From Octopus bimaculoides (lineage: Eukaryota): a stretch of DNA of 64,000 nucleotides. The stretch covers positions 13,666,975-13,730,974 of the forward strand of contig NC_068990.1 in the NCBI RefSeq assembly GCF_001194135.2, in the 5' to 3' direction. How positions within the stretch are numbered: position 1 is the stretch's first letter; every line of letters starts with the position of its first letter. Positions 13,132 through 24,420 of this stretch are shown here, one piece after another. Both the position numbers and the translations under genes were made by a program. The notes beneath the pieces are model-generated. The model saw nothing but the letters and a program-made list of their open reading frames with translations. It searched no databases and had not been told where the DNA came from.

Positions 13132-13348
13132 CGCGCGTGTGTGTCTGTGTTTCTTTGAGTCTTTGTCTGACACTAGTGTCGGTGTGTATATGTCCCCGTA
13201 ACCTAGCGAATCGGCAAAAGTGACCGATAGGATAAGTACCAGGTTTTAAAATCATAAGCACTGAAGTCGATGCGATCGACTAAAATTCTCCAATGCGGCG
13301 CTCCATTCCTGTCACTCAGTCTAATTAACTGAAGCAATTAAAAGATAT
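12893..13348 (+). mobile_element. diverged family A SINE with (GATA)n/(GT)n centre
   Basis: A-like head, GTCCCCGTAACCTAGCGAATCGGCAAAAG body, degenerate tail. Confidence 0.75.
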
Positions 13349-13998
13349 AATTATTGTTGATCTCGGGCTAAGCAACAACACCGGGAGGAACAACATCATC
13401 TACAGCAGCAACAGCTGCTCTTCAGTTTCCTCTCAAATGCTAACCTCACTCGAGTTATTTCATCGAATTAAAAAAATAAACGGAATTCTGGTTTAAGCAT
13501 TCATATAACCCATCATTACTTTTATATTTTGGGGAATTTTCAGAAAAGTTTTGTGAATTTGTGTTCAACACACAAGAATTCATACGATTATGCATAAACC
13601 AAGAAATTTTTGTGCGTTATTTAAAGGTTATTTAGCTATTATTTTTAGCACACCCCACGACCATCTTGTATCCTCCTCGTTTCTTTGTCACTCTGACATG
13701 TATCTATGATTATCAATATATTTCTCCCCATAAACACATTTAATGGTCTATTGCTGAGATTTAAGTCCAAAATATGGACTGTCCGTATTTCAAACTGTGA
13801 TAAAAAAAAATGATTTCGAAAACATTTAAGAAAAATTGTTTAAATTTCGAAAAATGTTTTTAAAATTTGTTTTCGTAGTCGTGTGGATTCCTGCGTGTAG
13901 AAATACTAATTTTCAAAAATTTTCTAAAGCTTCCAAAAACTAAAGTTACGGCGATCTATATTTAAGAGATGAGGAATTAAGTACATAATTTATATTAT

Positions 13999-14082
13999 GC
14001 CCACGGGCATATCGCGTAGTGGTTAAGAGTGCGGGCTACTAACCCCGAGATTCCAAGTTCGATTCCGTGCAGTGACCTGAAC

Positions 14083-14119
<37 letters not shown>

Positions 14120-14266
14120 TCGAAAAATACCTTAGGAATGAGAACCCAGTTTCGAAATTTTCCCCAAGACACCTGATGAAGGCTGGAGGGTATATCAGCT
14201 GAAACGTTGTGTTAACAACAAACAAGATGAGGACAAATATCTGTCAAAAGTAAATAATGTAAATAA
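13999..14266 (+). mobile_element. tRNA-Ser-like-headed SINE carrying a minimal hammerhead ribozyme
   Basis: A-box-like TCGCGTAGTGG (14012), loop CT-ACT-AA, B-box-like AGTTCGATTCC (14056), (AAT)n linker, HHR at 14168-14213, 3' AATGTAAAT-type tail; 3' part recurs at 52068-52210. Confidence 0.8.
14168..14213 (+). ncRNA. minimal type I hammerhead ribozyme motif (Penelope-type)
   Basis: Stem I GACAC/GTGTT, core CTGATGA plus extra A, stem II GGCTG/CAGCT, GAAAC, GTT cleavage triplet, loop-less ACGT stem III. Confidence 0.7.
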
Positions 14267-14559
14267 AGTTACGGGGAGTTTTATGATGTGCTTAAAGCAG
14301 AATCCTCTCCCAAAAGAATATGACAACTAAATCTGACTTCATGTGGGATGTTAACAGAAACCTCATAGAATTCATTGGAACTCTTAGAGTTAACAGTGAC
14401 TTGTATCTGAAAATGAGGCACACCCGACCTATTGTTTCTTTAAAAGAGATATAGCCGATTAGGTTTAAACTTATCCAGGATAGCCTCATTAACTGAAAAG
14501 CAAAGATGGTTTATGAGGGTTGATCGTCTTCATAGAAATCTTGGTTAGGACCTAGTATA

Positions 14560-14902
14560 GCAACAATAACAACGACAACAACAACAGCAATAACAACAAG
14601 TATACCTAACAAGAATTACAACAACAACAGCAACATATAAATCCAGGCTGGTTGTTTAGTTCGGTGAACCAGTATTGCCGTCGTTCTGCTAACTCCTTTC
14701 GCGGATGATTCTGATGCCGGCCACTGCAATGGTGATGGTGGTGGTGGTGGTGGTGGNNNNNNNNNNGGTGGTGGTGGTGACAACGATGACGATGCTTGAG
14801 GATGGCGACGACGGTTGCGGGAATGATGACAACGACGACGAAGACGACGACGGTGACAACGACAACAACAATGACGAAGATGATGATGATGACGAAGATA
14901 AA

Positions 14903-14939
<37 letters not shown>

Positions 14940-15595
14940 GTGACGACGATGATTGTGATGATGATGACGATGATGACGACGACCATGATGATGATGATGA
15001 TGACGGTAATGACGACGGTGACGACGATGATGATGATGATATTTTAACACCACATAACATTTGCGGGATGGTTATGTATGGGTTGTTTGTATCGATATGG
15101 ACACAATAGGAGAAATACATATTTTAGAGTACAAGTACAAGGCCAGAAAAGCTCGTGAGAGGATATAAGGGGTGTATCTGTTAAGATGGAAATCCTATTA
15201 TTACACAGGTACTTTATTTTTTATCGATCATGGAAGTATGAAAGAAACAAAAAAAAAAACAATCGAAAGAAAAAAATGAAACCGGTAGGATTTGAAAGTA
15301 TATAAAGTGACATCACTAAATACAGAACGAATGAGGAGTTGGACCGACCCATTACCAATCCTGGCACTCCAATGGCTAAATAATGATGATGATGATGGTG
15401 GTGGTGACGATGATGTTGATGACGACGACGACGACGACGACGACGACGATGATGATGATGATGATGAGGAGGAGGAGGAGGAGGAGTGGGAGAATGATAA
15501 TAATAATAATAAAAAGAAGAGAAAAATAAGAGAAAAAGTAGAAGAAAAAGAAGAATTGTTATTATATTATTACTATCTATTATTATTATTATTAA

Positions 15596-15640
<45 letters not shown>

Positions 15641-15783
15641 GACGATGATGTTGATGATGATGTGATCGTAATAGTGGTGGTGGCGATGCTGCTGATTGTG
15701 GTGATGATGATGATGGTGAGGGTTATGTTGATGATGATGATGATGATGATGAAATAAAATGAACAATACTAATAATAATAATG

Positions 15784-15847
<64 letters not shown>

Positions 15848-15864
15848 TAATAATAATAATAATG

Positions 15865-15921
<57 letters not shown>

Positions 15922-16090
15922 TTCCCTTCTAGTAAAGGCACAAGGTCTGGAATTTGGCGGGAGGGACAAGTCGATTATGTCGATCCTAGTAAATAACAAC
16001 AAGAACTACAACACCAGTGATATAACCTGCAACAGCTGTGGCGATGGGGAAAGCGACGACGACCAGGACGATGATGATGATGATGATGAA
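14560..16090. repeat. mosaic trinucleotide low-complexity region (ACA, GGT, GAT, GAC, ATT, AAT)
   Basis: Direct reading; gives homopolymeric pseudo-ORFs. Confidence 0.93.
15921..15991 (-). mobile_element. family B SINE 3' fragment
   Basis: GGCACAAGGTCTGGAATTTG...AAGTCGATTATGTCGATCCTAGT. Confidence 0.55.
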
Positions 16091-16132
16091 AATATAAAGA
16101 TTCAGGTAAATAATAGATAGATTAAATATATA

Positions 16133-16529
16133 GGCGTAGGAGTGACCGTGTGATAAGTAGCTTGCTTACGAACCATATGGTTCCGGGTTCAGACCCACTG
16201 CGTGGCACCTTGGTAAGTGTCTTCTACTATAGCCTCGGGCCGACCAAAGCCTTGTGAGTGGATTTGGTAGACGGAAACTGAAAGAAGCCCGTCGTATATA
16301 TGTATGAGCGTGTGTATGTTTGTGTGTCTGTGTTTGTCCCCCCAACACCGCTTGACAACCGATGCTGGTGTGCTTACGTCCCCGTAACCTAGCGGTTCGG
16401 CAAAAGAGACCGATAGAATAAGTACTAGGCTTACAAAGAATAAATCCTTGGGTTGATATGCTCGACTAAAGGCGGTGCTCCAGCATGGCTGCAGTCAAAT
16501 GATTGAAACAAGTAAAAGAGTAAAAGAGT
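16133..16529 (+). mobile_element. family A SINE, full length (reference copy)
   Basis: GGCGTAGGAGTG head, B-box-like GGTTCAGACCC, CCTTGGTAAGTGTCTT segment resembling the CORE domain, short microsatellite, tail GGCGGTGCTCCAGCATGGCTGCAGTCAAATGATTGAAACAAGTAAAAGAG. Confidence 0.93.
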
Positions 16530-16559
16530 AGAGAGACAAAAATGCATAGATAGATAGAA

Positions 16560-16820
16560 TGATAGAAAGACAGGTAGACAGTTGCCTAGGCAGACAAATA
16601 CAAACAGGTAGTCATACGGATAGCTGGGTGTGTTTGTGTGTGCATGTGTGTAGGGGGCATGTATATATATATGTGTGTATAAAACTTACTGTGTTTATAT
16701 ATAGATAGATAGATAGATAGATAGAGACAGACAGACAAATTTATTGACACACAGAGATGTGACAGGCAGGCAAATATGTGTGTGCCAACGATAGATAAAT
16801 AGAAGTAGTTAAACGGATAG

Positions 16821-16866
<46 letters not shown>

Positions 16867-16896
16867 CATGCGCACGTGTGTGCATGTGTGTAGACT

Positions 16897-16945
<49 letters not shown>

Positions 16946-17078
16946 GAACTGAAATGCAGACAGGTAGAGCGCTTCGCTGCTAGTTGGATACACAGTAGAC
17001 AGGTAGAACAAATGACAGTTAAATAAATAGTTTGATGGACCGACCGGCAGACATGCATGGAAAGATGATTAGAAGTGG

Positions 17079-17122
<44 letters not shown>

Positions 17123-17125
17123 CAG
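16560..17125. repeat. (GATA)n/(GT)n compound microsatellites
   Basis: Direct reading. Confidence 0.9.
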
Positions 17126-17772
17126 ATATGTTTCTTTATTAGCCACACAGGGCTGAACACAGAGGTAACAAGTTACAAAGTAGAGCTTTTCTTTTGGGAG
17201 AGAAGTAAGGAAAAAAAAATTAATTAAATTAAAAAAAGGTGGGGGTAGATTTTCGATCAAAGGGATCGTAAAAAAAAGTCGATCAATAGGGATCGTGTAT
17301 CACAAGATAGAAAGATAGATAGGCGATTGAGCGTGCCGTAAGATGTTTATAAGTAGATAAATATATAGTTAGGTAGACCGATTTAAAATATAAACATCGC
17401 TTGTCCAGTACATACGTTCGATTATATATGTTCGTAACAATCAGTGCCGGAAACATTCTTTTTTCTTTACATACTTCACCAAAATTAAGGTATAACTAAA
17501 GTACAAAATAGATCCATTACTATATATGGTTGTGCTTATAAATCTGCGTGTTGTATGTTTGTGGTGTTCTTTCTTTTTTTTATATGGTTATACACATATA
17601 TAAACACACATTGCCGAACATACACACGACGGGCGAACAAGTAGTTTCATAGAATCATACGTCGATATTGTTATTTATTATAGGTAGGTAGTTTGAGAAG
17701 TAGAGAGACAGAGTAATGAGAGAAAATATTATATAGACAATTATAAAAGTTACATCTTATTATTATTCTGCA

Positions 17773-17994
17773 ATGCTTGTTTCAAACTTTGGTACAAGAA
17801 CCAGCAATTTCGGGCGAGGTGGGTAAGTCGATTATCTCAACCCCAGTCTTCAACTGGTACTTTTTAAATCAGCCCCAAAAAGGTTGAAAGGCAAAGTAGA
17901 CCTAGGCGTAAATTGAACTAAGATCGCTAAAGCGGTCGAAATGCCGCAAAGTATTTTGCCCCGTGTGCTAACGACTTCGCCAGTTCGCCGCCTT
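17773..17994 (-). mobile_element. family B SINE, full length, diverged
   Basis: All B blocks present in order, ending CAGTTCGCCGCCTT. Confidence 0.85.
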
Positions 17995-18132
17995 ACATCG
18001 TGATACATTTATATAAATATATACAGTTATACATACATACATACATACATACATACATACATACATACATACATACATGTATGCATGCATATATACATAC
18101 ATACATACATGTATGCATGCATTCATACATAC

Positions 18133-18175
<43 letters not shown>

Positions 18176-18749
18176 TATATATATATATATGTATATATAT
18201 ACAGATATAGGTATATATACACATACAGATACATACATATATATATATATGTATATTGTATGTATGTACATTATATATATACATAGATAAATATATATAT
18301 GTAAGTATGTATGTATATATATATATATATATCTAAATATATATATGTATGTATATGTAAATATATATATATATANNNNNNNNNNNNNNNNNNNNNNNNN
18401 NNNNNNNNNNNNNNNNNNNNNNNNNNNNNNNNNNNNNNNNNNNNNNNNNNNNNNNNNNNNNNNNNNNNNNNNNNNNNNNNNNNNNNNNNNNNNNNNNNNN
18501 NNNNNNNNNNNNNNNNNNNNNNNNNNNNNNNNNNNNNNNNNNNNNNNNNNNNNNNNNNNNNNNNNNNNNNNNNNNNNNNNNNNNNNNNNNNNNNNNNNNN
18601 NNNNNNNNNNNNNNNNNNNNNNNNNNNNNNNNNNNNNNNNNNNNNNNNNNNNNNNNNNNNNNNNNNNNNNNNNNNNNNNNNNNNNNNNNNNNNNNNNNNN
18701 NNNNNNNNNNNNNNNNNNNNNNNNNNNNNNNNNNNNNNNNNNNNNNNNN

Positions 18750-18784
<35 letters not shown>

Positions 18785-19430
18785 TTTCTTTCTTTCTTTG
18801 TTTCTTTTCTTTTTTTCTAGGTGGTACGGTGTGGTACGGATGGAAGTTGGTGAATTCCCGAAGTTGAAAGTAAAAGGAGCCAACTGCTAATGCTACTAGC
18901 AGACGTCTTCGAGTCTGTCTTATTTTTCCCTACTCTGTCTGCGAGTTTGTCCGTCTGTCTGCCTGACTGTCTGTCTATCTGTGCTTTTGCTGGTTGGCTG
19001 GTTTGGCTGGCTGGCTGGATGACTGCTTAACTGACTGTCTGTCTGTCTGACTGACTGACTGTCTGACTCGGTTTGTTTTGGCTTGTTTTCTCTTCCGCTT
19101 ATCTCTGTCCGCGTTGCCTGCTTGTTTTGCATATGACGACGACCAGCCTGCCAACCTGCATGCCTGACTGTCTGCCTGCCGCTGTTTCCCGCCTTATCCG
19201 ATTTGGTTTTGCCTCTTTTTACCTTTGCAGTAGAAGTAGTTGGTTGCGCTCGTATCGCATGCATTGACGAATGGCAATAATAACAACAACGACAGCGACA
19301 GCAATAACAAGAACAACCACGGCAAATACAAACGGCGTTTTGTATAACAATGACTCTGATGGTGGCGTTGTTTTTGCATTTTTATATAGTGTTCCAGCGC
19401 ACGCGCGTTAGCTGTGGTGTCACCAAGGAG

Positions 19431-19573
19431 AGAAAAAAAAAAGCAGACGACTCAGAAAAAAAAAAAGCAGACGACTCAGAAAAAAAAAAAGCAGACGACT
19501 CAGAAAAAAAAAAAGCAGACGACTCAGAAAAAAAAAAAGCAGACGACTCAGAAAAAAAAAAAGCAGACGACTC
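19431..19573 (+). repeat. 24-bp tandem repeat GCAGACGACTCAG(A)11, 6 copies
   Basis: GCAGACGACTC starts at 19443, 19467, 19491, 19515, 19539 and 19563. Confidence 0.97.
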
Positions 19574-19699
19574 TTTATCACTTGTATTTTTTTATTTTTC
19601 CTTCGTCTAAGCGACATATATATATATAATTTTTTATTTAGCAGACGACAATTGCAAAAATGACTGAAATGCAGACGACATTTTTCTCAAAACGATAAG

Positions 19700-20295
19700 A
19701 AAATAACAACATCAGTATCATAACCAGGATCAATATTATCTACAATGAAATCAATATCAACATAGATAACTATATAATAATACTATCATTACTATTGTAA
19801 ATAATATCGACAATATCCGTATATCATCAACTACTATAATATTGCTAATAGATATGTCACAATCAACATTATCAATCATATCGATATGACATCATAAACT
19901 ATAACATTTATCATCATTAAAACATTATCAACTATAATATTGCTGTCAATATTGTCAAAAATATCACTATCAACATTATCATTAACATTACTATTACAGA
20001 ATCAATTATAAAATACTTTCAACAATATCATCAACTACAACATTCTATGAACATTATCACTATACCAATATAAAAATATGAGTTGTTTAATATTAATATG
20101 AATAATATCAACTATAACTATAACAACGTTATCACCAATGTCACTATAACAGCAGTTATAACTTCTCATCAATATAACAACATTATCTATGTAATATTAA
20201 TATCAATACTATCAACAATTTTGCTATCAACTATAACACGTCACAACGTTTTCAACACATCACTACAACATCAAAAACAATAGCATAAAGCTTTA
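19700..20295. repeat. AT-rich cryptic repeat built on ATCAACTAT/AACATTATC-like units
   Basis: Recurrent short motifs without fixed period. Confidence 0.6.
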
Positions 20296-20371
20296 TCAAC
20301 TATACATTATAATATTATGGTGGTGGTGGTGGTGGTGGTGGTGGTGGTGGTGGTGGTGAGGATGATGATGG

Positions 20372-20417
<46 letters not shown>

Positions 20418-20631
20418 ACTTCGTAACAGTATCAGAAGGCATCAAGAGGAATATAACAGGAATTGGAACAGAGTGCCCCGTGGAACTGTTATACTGCACG
20501 GCTAGAATAATCAGAAAAGTATTACATAGCTAAGAAGCACGAATGGCATGGTACCGAAGGCTGCAGGTAGTAAACCTGCTATGCATGCAAGACTCCAGGA
20601 GCTCCAACAAAACCTGTGATAAAGAGCAAAT

Positions 20632-20676
<45 letters not shown>

Positions 20677-20677
<1 letters not shown>

Positions 20678-21121
20678 CCAGATGTAGTACCAGGCAGTGG
20701 CTCTCATGGCTTCTGATCTTAATTGATTGGAAATGTTATCATGTACATTGTTTTGTCTTGGTATAAAAAGATGGGCTACAGCAAATATTCTGCTTAATAC
20801 CACAGATTTGCTTGTCAGTTGTTTTACCTTAACGAGTTGAACATGTCCCTTGGTGGCTGACGATATGTGCATCTCTGATCATGAGCAGAAGTAGTGGTGG
20901 AACATCATTGAGAGGAATTCTTTGGGGTTTGAATAATTCACGTTTGGAAACATTGGTGTTTTGCTCAACAACCTTAAACAACCCTTATCCAGGGACATTT
21001 TGAGCGGGATGGGCTACTCGACCTGAAGAAAATTCTAACTGGGTATAATGATAATGGGTATAATGGGCTTCGTATATTTTACTAAAGTGTCACTTTGATG
21101 GCATGCACTGCTCTCTCACTC
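20677..21121. mobile_element. family C unclassified non-coding interspersed repeat
   Basis: Homologous to 37011-37411 (opposite strand) and 61303-61610; flanked on both sides by (AAT)n. Confidence 0.85.
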
Positions 21122-21267
21122 AATAATAATGATATTAAGGATGATTTCTTTTATTTGTCACAGGGAGATGGAAGACGGGCACAACAAAAAGACAGGCATA
21201 AATTGCTGGCGTTTTCATACAGTGAAATGAGAGAAATAAAATGAAAAAATAATACGCGCGCGCGCGA

Positions 21268-21317
<50 letters not shown>

Positions 21318-21340
21318 ACACACACACATACATACACACA

Positions 21341-21445
21341 CTGGAAACTGTGAAAAGTGGGAGCTATAGAAAGGCAATACGTGCTAGAGCATAACAGACC
21401 AGACCTAGTGGTGCTGAACAAGGTGAAGGCTAGACATGCTTTTTC
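21341..21445 (+). mobile_element. Dong/R4 LINE endonuclease micro-fragment
   Basis: Translates QYVLEHNRPDLVVLNK, the R4-clade HNRPD motif. Confidence 0.6.
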
Positions 21446-21464
21446 AGCCAGCTGGTCGGTTACG

Positions 21465-21505
21465 TCAGGCTGATGACGAGCAATGACTCAGAAACATGTC
21501 CCTGA
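21465..21505 (+). ncRNA. minimal type I hammerhead ribozyme motif
   Basis: TCAGG-CTGATGA-cGAG caatga CTCa-GAAAC-AT-GTC-CCTGA: perfect 5-bp stem I, full core, GUC site, palindromic ACATGT stem III; C-A mismatch at base of stem II. Confidence 0.65.
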
Positions 21506-21669
21506 ATGCAGGCTAGGCTGGGTAGGGAAGCTTGTCTCCCCTTCACAAATACAAGGACACAGGAAATGTGTCAAGTCCAACAGGACGCGGTCCACCTTCC
21601 TAGGGCTAAATAGCAGCAGTATGATTCCCTTAATAGGTCTGTCACATTAAGTTGAAAGTAAACAACTAC

Positions 21670-22033
21670 TTTATCTCATTTTTATTCTTACTAAAAAGCT
21701 TTGCATCATCCATGTAGCACAAATGCTTAACTTTTCCTTTACTATTTCTGAACCGATACTCGGCCTTTGCCTTCCTAAACTGATGTGGATCAAATATAAG
21801 ACAATTTTAAACGGGGGTAATGAGGCTCTTTGGAAAATTCCTCTCCTGATATTAACTACTGCTGTGTTATTTGAATAGAGATCTACTTTCCATTTCTTCA
21901 TGCTAAAGCTAATTAATTCTCTTATGTTGTCTGCAATATTGAATATACTCAAATATTCACCTATCCATGAGTGTGGAATGCTATCATAGGCTTTCTTATA
22001 ATCTATCCATACTATTGATAACTTTTTAGATAT
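21670..22033 (-). mobile_element. Dong/R4 LINE reverse transcriptase fragment
   Basis: ORF reads LSIVWIDYKKAYDSIPHSWI...VNIRRGIFQ. Confidence 0.9.
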
Positions 22034-22071
22034 TATCATCATCATCATCATCATCATAATCATCATCATCA

Positions 22072-22420
22072 TTATTTAACATTCTTATTTTTATCACGTG
22101 CTTTCACTTTACGACCCAGCGCAGCTCTGTGTCCCTTGGGTATGTGCTGTGATTTGTTGTGGGGCTCTTATTTTCATTGTATTGAAAGTGTTTTATGTGG
22201 GATGTCTACAATGCCTAGTAGTGCTATTTTCCGTATGTTATATACACTTGTAAGTCCTGGTGTTTTTTCTATGTATTTGTCTGAATTTTTTTTATCATAC
22301 CTAGTGCCCTCCACATTCGAGTTACATCTTTTTCCAGGTCTTAGTATTTTGAAAGTTTTTGTTCTTTTTTATTTTTAGAAAAACATTGTCATCTATTGGC
22401 ATTGATTCATCGATTAGAAA
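22072..22420 (-). mobile_element. Dong/R4 LINE 3' end
   Basis: Reverse complement of 38223-38612, including 3' UTR CACAGAGCTGCGCT...AAGTGAAAGCACG; ends in an (AAT/GAT)n tail. Confidence 0.88.
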
Positions 22421-22423
22421 GCA

Positions 22424-22481
<58 letters not shown>

Positions 22482-22529
22482 TGAAGCAAATAAAGAAGAG
22501 TGCCATTGTTATCAAGTGAACGATACTAT

Positions 22530-22665
22530 GATAGGAATTGTTTCTGTTTTTAGACTCCACATTCGAGTTACCTCTTATTCCAGATCTTTGTATTTTGAAA
22601 GTTTCTCCGCTTCTTTTAGAGAAACCTTGTCATCTGTTGGTATTGATACATCGAGTAGACTGGCA
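22530..22665 (-). mobile_element. Dong/R4 LINE endonuclease fragment
   Basis: Reverse complement matches 38240-38360 (KLSKYKDLEIEITRMWNLKTETIP). Confidence 0.85.
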
Positions 22666-22758
22666 AATTTAACTTTTTTAAACACTTGAAAACACACAAG
22701 ATGTCGAAATATCGTTCACTAGATGACAATAGCACTCTTCTTTTAATTTTGACTCTAT

Positions 22759-22817
<59 letters not shown>

Positions 22818-23141
22818 NNNNNNNNNNNNNNNNNNNNNNNNNNNNNNNNNNNNNNNNNNNNNNNNNNNNNNNNNNNNNNNNNNNNNNNNNNNNNNNNNNN
22901 NNNNNNNNNNNNNNNNNNNNNNNNNNNNNNNNNNNNNNNNNNNNNNNNNNNNNNNNNNNNNNNNNNNNNNNNNNNNNNNNNNNNNNNNNNNNNNNNNNNN
23001 NNNNNNNNNNNNNNNNNNNNNNNNNNNNNNNNNNNNNNNNNNNNNNNNNNNNNNNNNNNNNNNNNNNNNNNNNNNNNNNNNNNNNNNNNNNNNNNNNNNN
23101 NNNNNNNNNNNNNNNNNNNNNNNNNNNNNNNNNNNNNNNNN

Positions 23142-23452
23142 TACTCGGATATAGTCCAACCCTTTGTCAGCTATTTTTTGTATATGGTGTTTGGGTTTGG
23201 GGATGGTCTGTATTTTGATGTAACACGTGTGTTTACGATCGCTGTTCGGGTAGTGGAGGTATCAAGTTAAAATACATCATTATATTTGGAAAAATAGGAA
23301 TAAATTTCAATGAGTATTACTTACTCGGGGATAGTCCAACCCTTTGTCAGCTATATTTGGGCTCCATGCGATGTCTTTATTTCCGATGTTTTTGGATAAG
23401 TTTCGGAGCAGTGATTTATCGTACTCACATGTTAAACTTCCCCGGTGTTCTC
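23142..23452 (-). mobile_element. Dong/R4 RT N-terminal fragments with internal duplication
   Basis: ATAGTCCAACCCTTTGTCAGCTAT occurs at about 23151 and 23331; minus translation LTKGWT resembles R4 WLTKGRT. Confidence 0.5.
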
Positions 23453-23500
<48 letters not shown>

Positions 23501-23502
<2 letters not shown>

Positions 23503-24420
23503 CGTTTTTGTTCTGCTTATATCTTCTTACTTTGTATTTGTACAAGTTGACTCTAAATTTCACCCAGAGACTTCAAGAGGCCAAATAAGTTAAAATTTCA
23601 TGTTGGCGTTATGACAAGGGTGCCATATTGTTGGTTTTGCACAGAGAAGTGTTCTTGAGAACGTCTGTGAAGACATAAGAAAATTAGAGGTTTATTTTAA
23701 AAGTAATTTGATGACAAAATGTTGCTGTGATTTTAAGATGACAGTAAGCTGTGTTTGTTATTATGTACATTTAAAAGTACTTTTGATAATGCTTGCAGAT
23801 TAAAGTGCTTCGAGACTTACATAGACAATACTGTTAGTAGGATGCAAGGCGGCCAGTTGGCAGAAACGTTAACACGACGGGCGAAATGTTAAGCGGTATT
23901 TCGTCTGTCTTTACATTCTGAGTTCAAATTCCACCGACGCCGACTTTGCCTTTGATCTTTTTGTACTTGGGTTGATCTACTTGACTGGTCCCCTTCTCCA
24001 AAATTTCGGGCCTTGTGCCTAGAGTAGAAAAGAATGTTTTCTGTAGGATACAAGCAGTTTTAATGAGCTCTATATTTTTAATTCCGCTTTTGGATTTCCC
24101 GATCTCTGTTACCGGTAACAATCAGCCCTTTTGCTATCATTCCTAGGGCATCTATGACAACGGGTATTGTTTTAGTCTTGAGGTTCCACATTTTGCCAAT
24201 TTCTAATTCAAGGTTTTTATATTTGCTCAGTTTTTAGTAGATCGTGACAGATACATTTATGTTAATTGAGACAGTCATATCGATGACGAGGCCTGCATGA
24301 TTTTTGTGTGAAATCCTTCAACATAATATCTGGTCTATCTATCTGTCAGTTTGAACTGTGATACTACTTAAAACACAGAGTGGTCTTAGCTGGAATGCGT
24401 ATGATTATGGGTTATAAAGA
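23501..24420 (-). mobile_element. Dong/R4 LINE 3' part (second subfamily), interrupted by a B SINE
   Basis: Minus translation LVIDMTVSININVSVTIY*KLSKYKNLELEIGKMWNLKTKTIPVVIDALGMIAKG; distinct 3' UTR ending in (AAT)n. Confidence 0.85.
23847..24035 (+). mobile_element. family B SINE, tail type 2
   Basis: GGCGGCCAGTTGGCAGAAACGTTAAC...GAGTTCAAATTCC...GGGCCTTGTGCCTAGAGTAGAAAAGAAT; internal deletion. Confidence 0.9.

Noticed and set aside
13999-14082. Functional tRNA-Ser gene
   Set aside because: Anticodon stem pairs only 3 bp, acceptor stem not evident, fused to a repeat body; it is a SINE head
19205-19280. Polypyrimidine tract plus CAG followed by a short frame (VEVVGCARIACIDEWQ*)
   Set aside because: No recognisable protein and no partner exons; cannot be supported without RNA-seq
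19431-19573. CRISPR-like regular repeat
   Set aside because: No unique spacers, no cas genes, eukaryotic context
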